From: a virus
Lineage: Duplodnaviria; Caudoviricetes
Reading direction: 5' to 3' (one strand)
DNA length: 64,000 nucleotides
Virus record (IMG/VR): IMGVR_UViG_2974670102_000001
Span: 96,001 to 160,000 of that record
The translations under genes and the position numbers were made by a program. Each line of letters begins with the position of its first letter. Position 1 is the first letter of the stretch. Below the pieces are notes generated by a model that was not told the DNA's origin, made no database searches, and saw only the letters and a program-made list of their open reading frames with translations. Shown here one piece after another: positions 63,201 to 64,000 of this stretch.

Positions 63201-64000
63201 ATGGCATCCTCTCCATACACAGTACTCATTCAGCGCTCCATGTCAGCGGACCCGATTTCGGTTCAGGCTCCGATGCCAGAAACGTTCTCGATGGACGCGG
63301 GTGCCTCATACGAGCAGCCGTTGCCGCAGGGCTTCACGAGCAGCGGCACAATTAACGCAGCGTTTGCCGCATTCGGTGTTCGTCTGGCGGTTCAGGCCAT
63401 GAGCGCCCAGCTATGGTCTGGCAACACAGAAACGAACCTGAGTCTCGAACTCCAGTTCCATACGGAGACCGATCCAGTTCAGGACGTGCGCACACCAATC
63501 GTGAACCTGCTGAAGCTGACAATGCCTAGCACCAGCAGCACCACCGGCCTGCTGGAAAGTCCGGGGCCCTCTATCGACTTCTCGAATCAGGCTGCTGCAA
63601 TAGGTAGCGACGCATTCTCGGCATTTGGAACTTCCATAGGCTCGGTTCTGGGGTCTGTCGGCACTACGGTACGCAACGCGTTCAACCGTGGGGGCCCGAC
63701 GCCGCAACCCGGATCGATAACAGAAACCAGCAAACAGTCCAACGACAGTTCGAACGGAACGGTTCCACAGGCAGTGATCCAAAACCCAAGCCTCGGGACC
63801 GCAGCCTACTGGAACACGAAGCTCAAGAACAAGATTTCGATCAAGCTCGGGAACTACATGTTCTTCGAGTCCGTGGTGATCACACGAGTGTCTATCACGG
63901 CGGCTTCGAATTTCGATGCGCAAACTGGACTACCTCATCACTGTCGCGTGCTCGTTGAGTTCAAGCCTCTGTTCATGCTCACACAGCAAGACCTCGACAC
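63201..64000 (+). CDS. Baseplate/tail protein, 3' truncated by the window edge
   Basis: MASSPYTVLIQRS...QLWSG...LELQF; open to the window end. Confidence 0.65.
   Translation, partial: MASSPYTVLIQRSMSADPISVQAPMPETFSMDAGASYEQPLPQGFTSSGTINAAFAAFGVRLAVQAMSAQLWSGNTETNLSLELQFHTETDPVQDVRTPIVNLLKLTMPSTSSTTGLLESPGPSIDFSNQAAAIGSDAFSAFGTSIGSVLGSVGTTVRNAFNRGGPTPQPGSITETSKQSNDSSNGTVPQAVIQNPSLGTAAYWNTKLKNKISIKLGNYMFFESVVITRVSITAASNFDAQTGLPHHCRVLVEFKPLFMLTQQDLD

Noticed and set aside
1-64000. Alternative genetic code / stop-codon reassignment
   Set aside because: Core genes are full length in code 11 and there is no suppressor tRNA.

Overview
This 64 kb window is GC-rich, densely coding, and comes from a large tailed dsDNA phage, probably a jumbo myophage. 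A Burkholderia/Ralstonia-type host and an RSL1/Saruman-like organisation are inferences only. Positions 1-15.7 kb run on the minus strand: a GyrB-type topoisomerase with an intein that starts with Pro, an acidic/basic low-complexity protein, a J-domain protein, DUF3310, an SbcD/Mre11 nuclease and an SF2 helicase-like protein. An AT-rich divergent spacer (15.7-16.3 kb) is a candidate origin, after which all genes are on the plus strand. These are small early genes; a tRNA island (9 intact tRNAs, one tRNA-Leu split by an HNH cassette, one anticodon-less tRNA-like RNA, several structured spacer RNAs, GroES, thioredoxin); replication and nucleotide genes (Dda/RecD-like helicase, DEDD exonuclease, HAD, HD/PDE-like, UDG-like-PolA fusion, primase, ThyX, sigma factor, gp32-like SSB, RecA); spanins; and packaging/tail genes (terminase, RuvC, MmcB, portal, baseplate/tail proteins, tail lysozyme). 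The most striking observations are: (1) a small free-standing protein built from copies of the phage's own portal clip segment; (2) an unannotated 48-aa peptide resembling the toxin-binding half of DUF1778/TacA antitoxins; (3) the split tRNA with a replacement tRNA carried inside the insertion; (4) the Pro1 intein; (5) charge-block tails sharing an identical 77-bp segment 42 kb apart; (6) a recurring AGTAAATA promoter-like motif together with a phage sigma factor. All family assignments come from motif recognition by eye; no searches were run.
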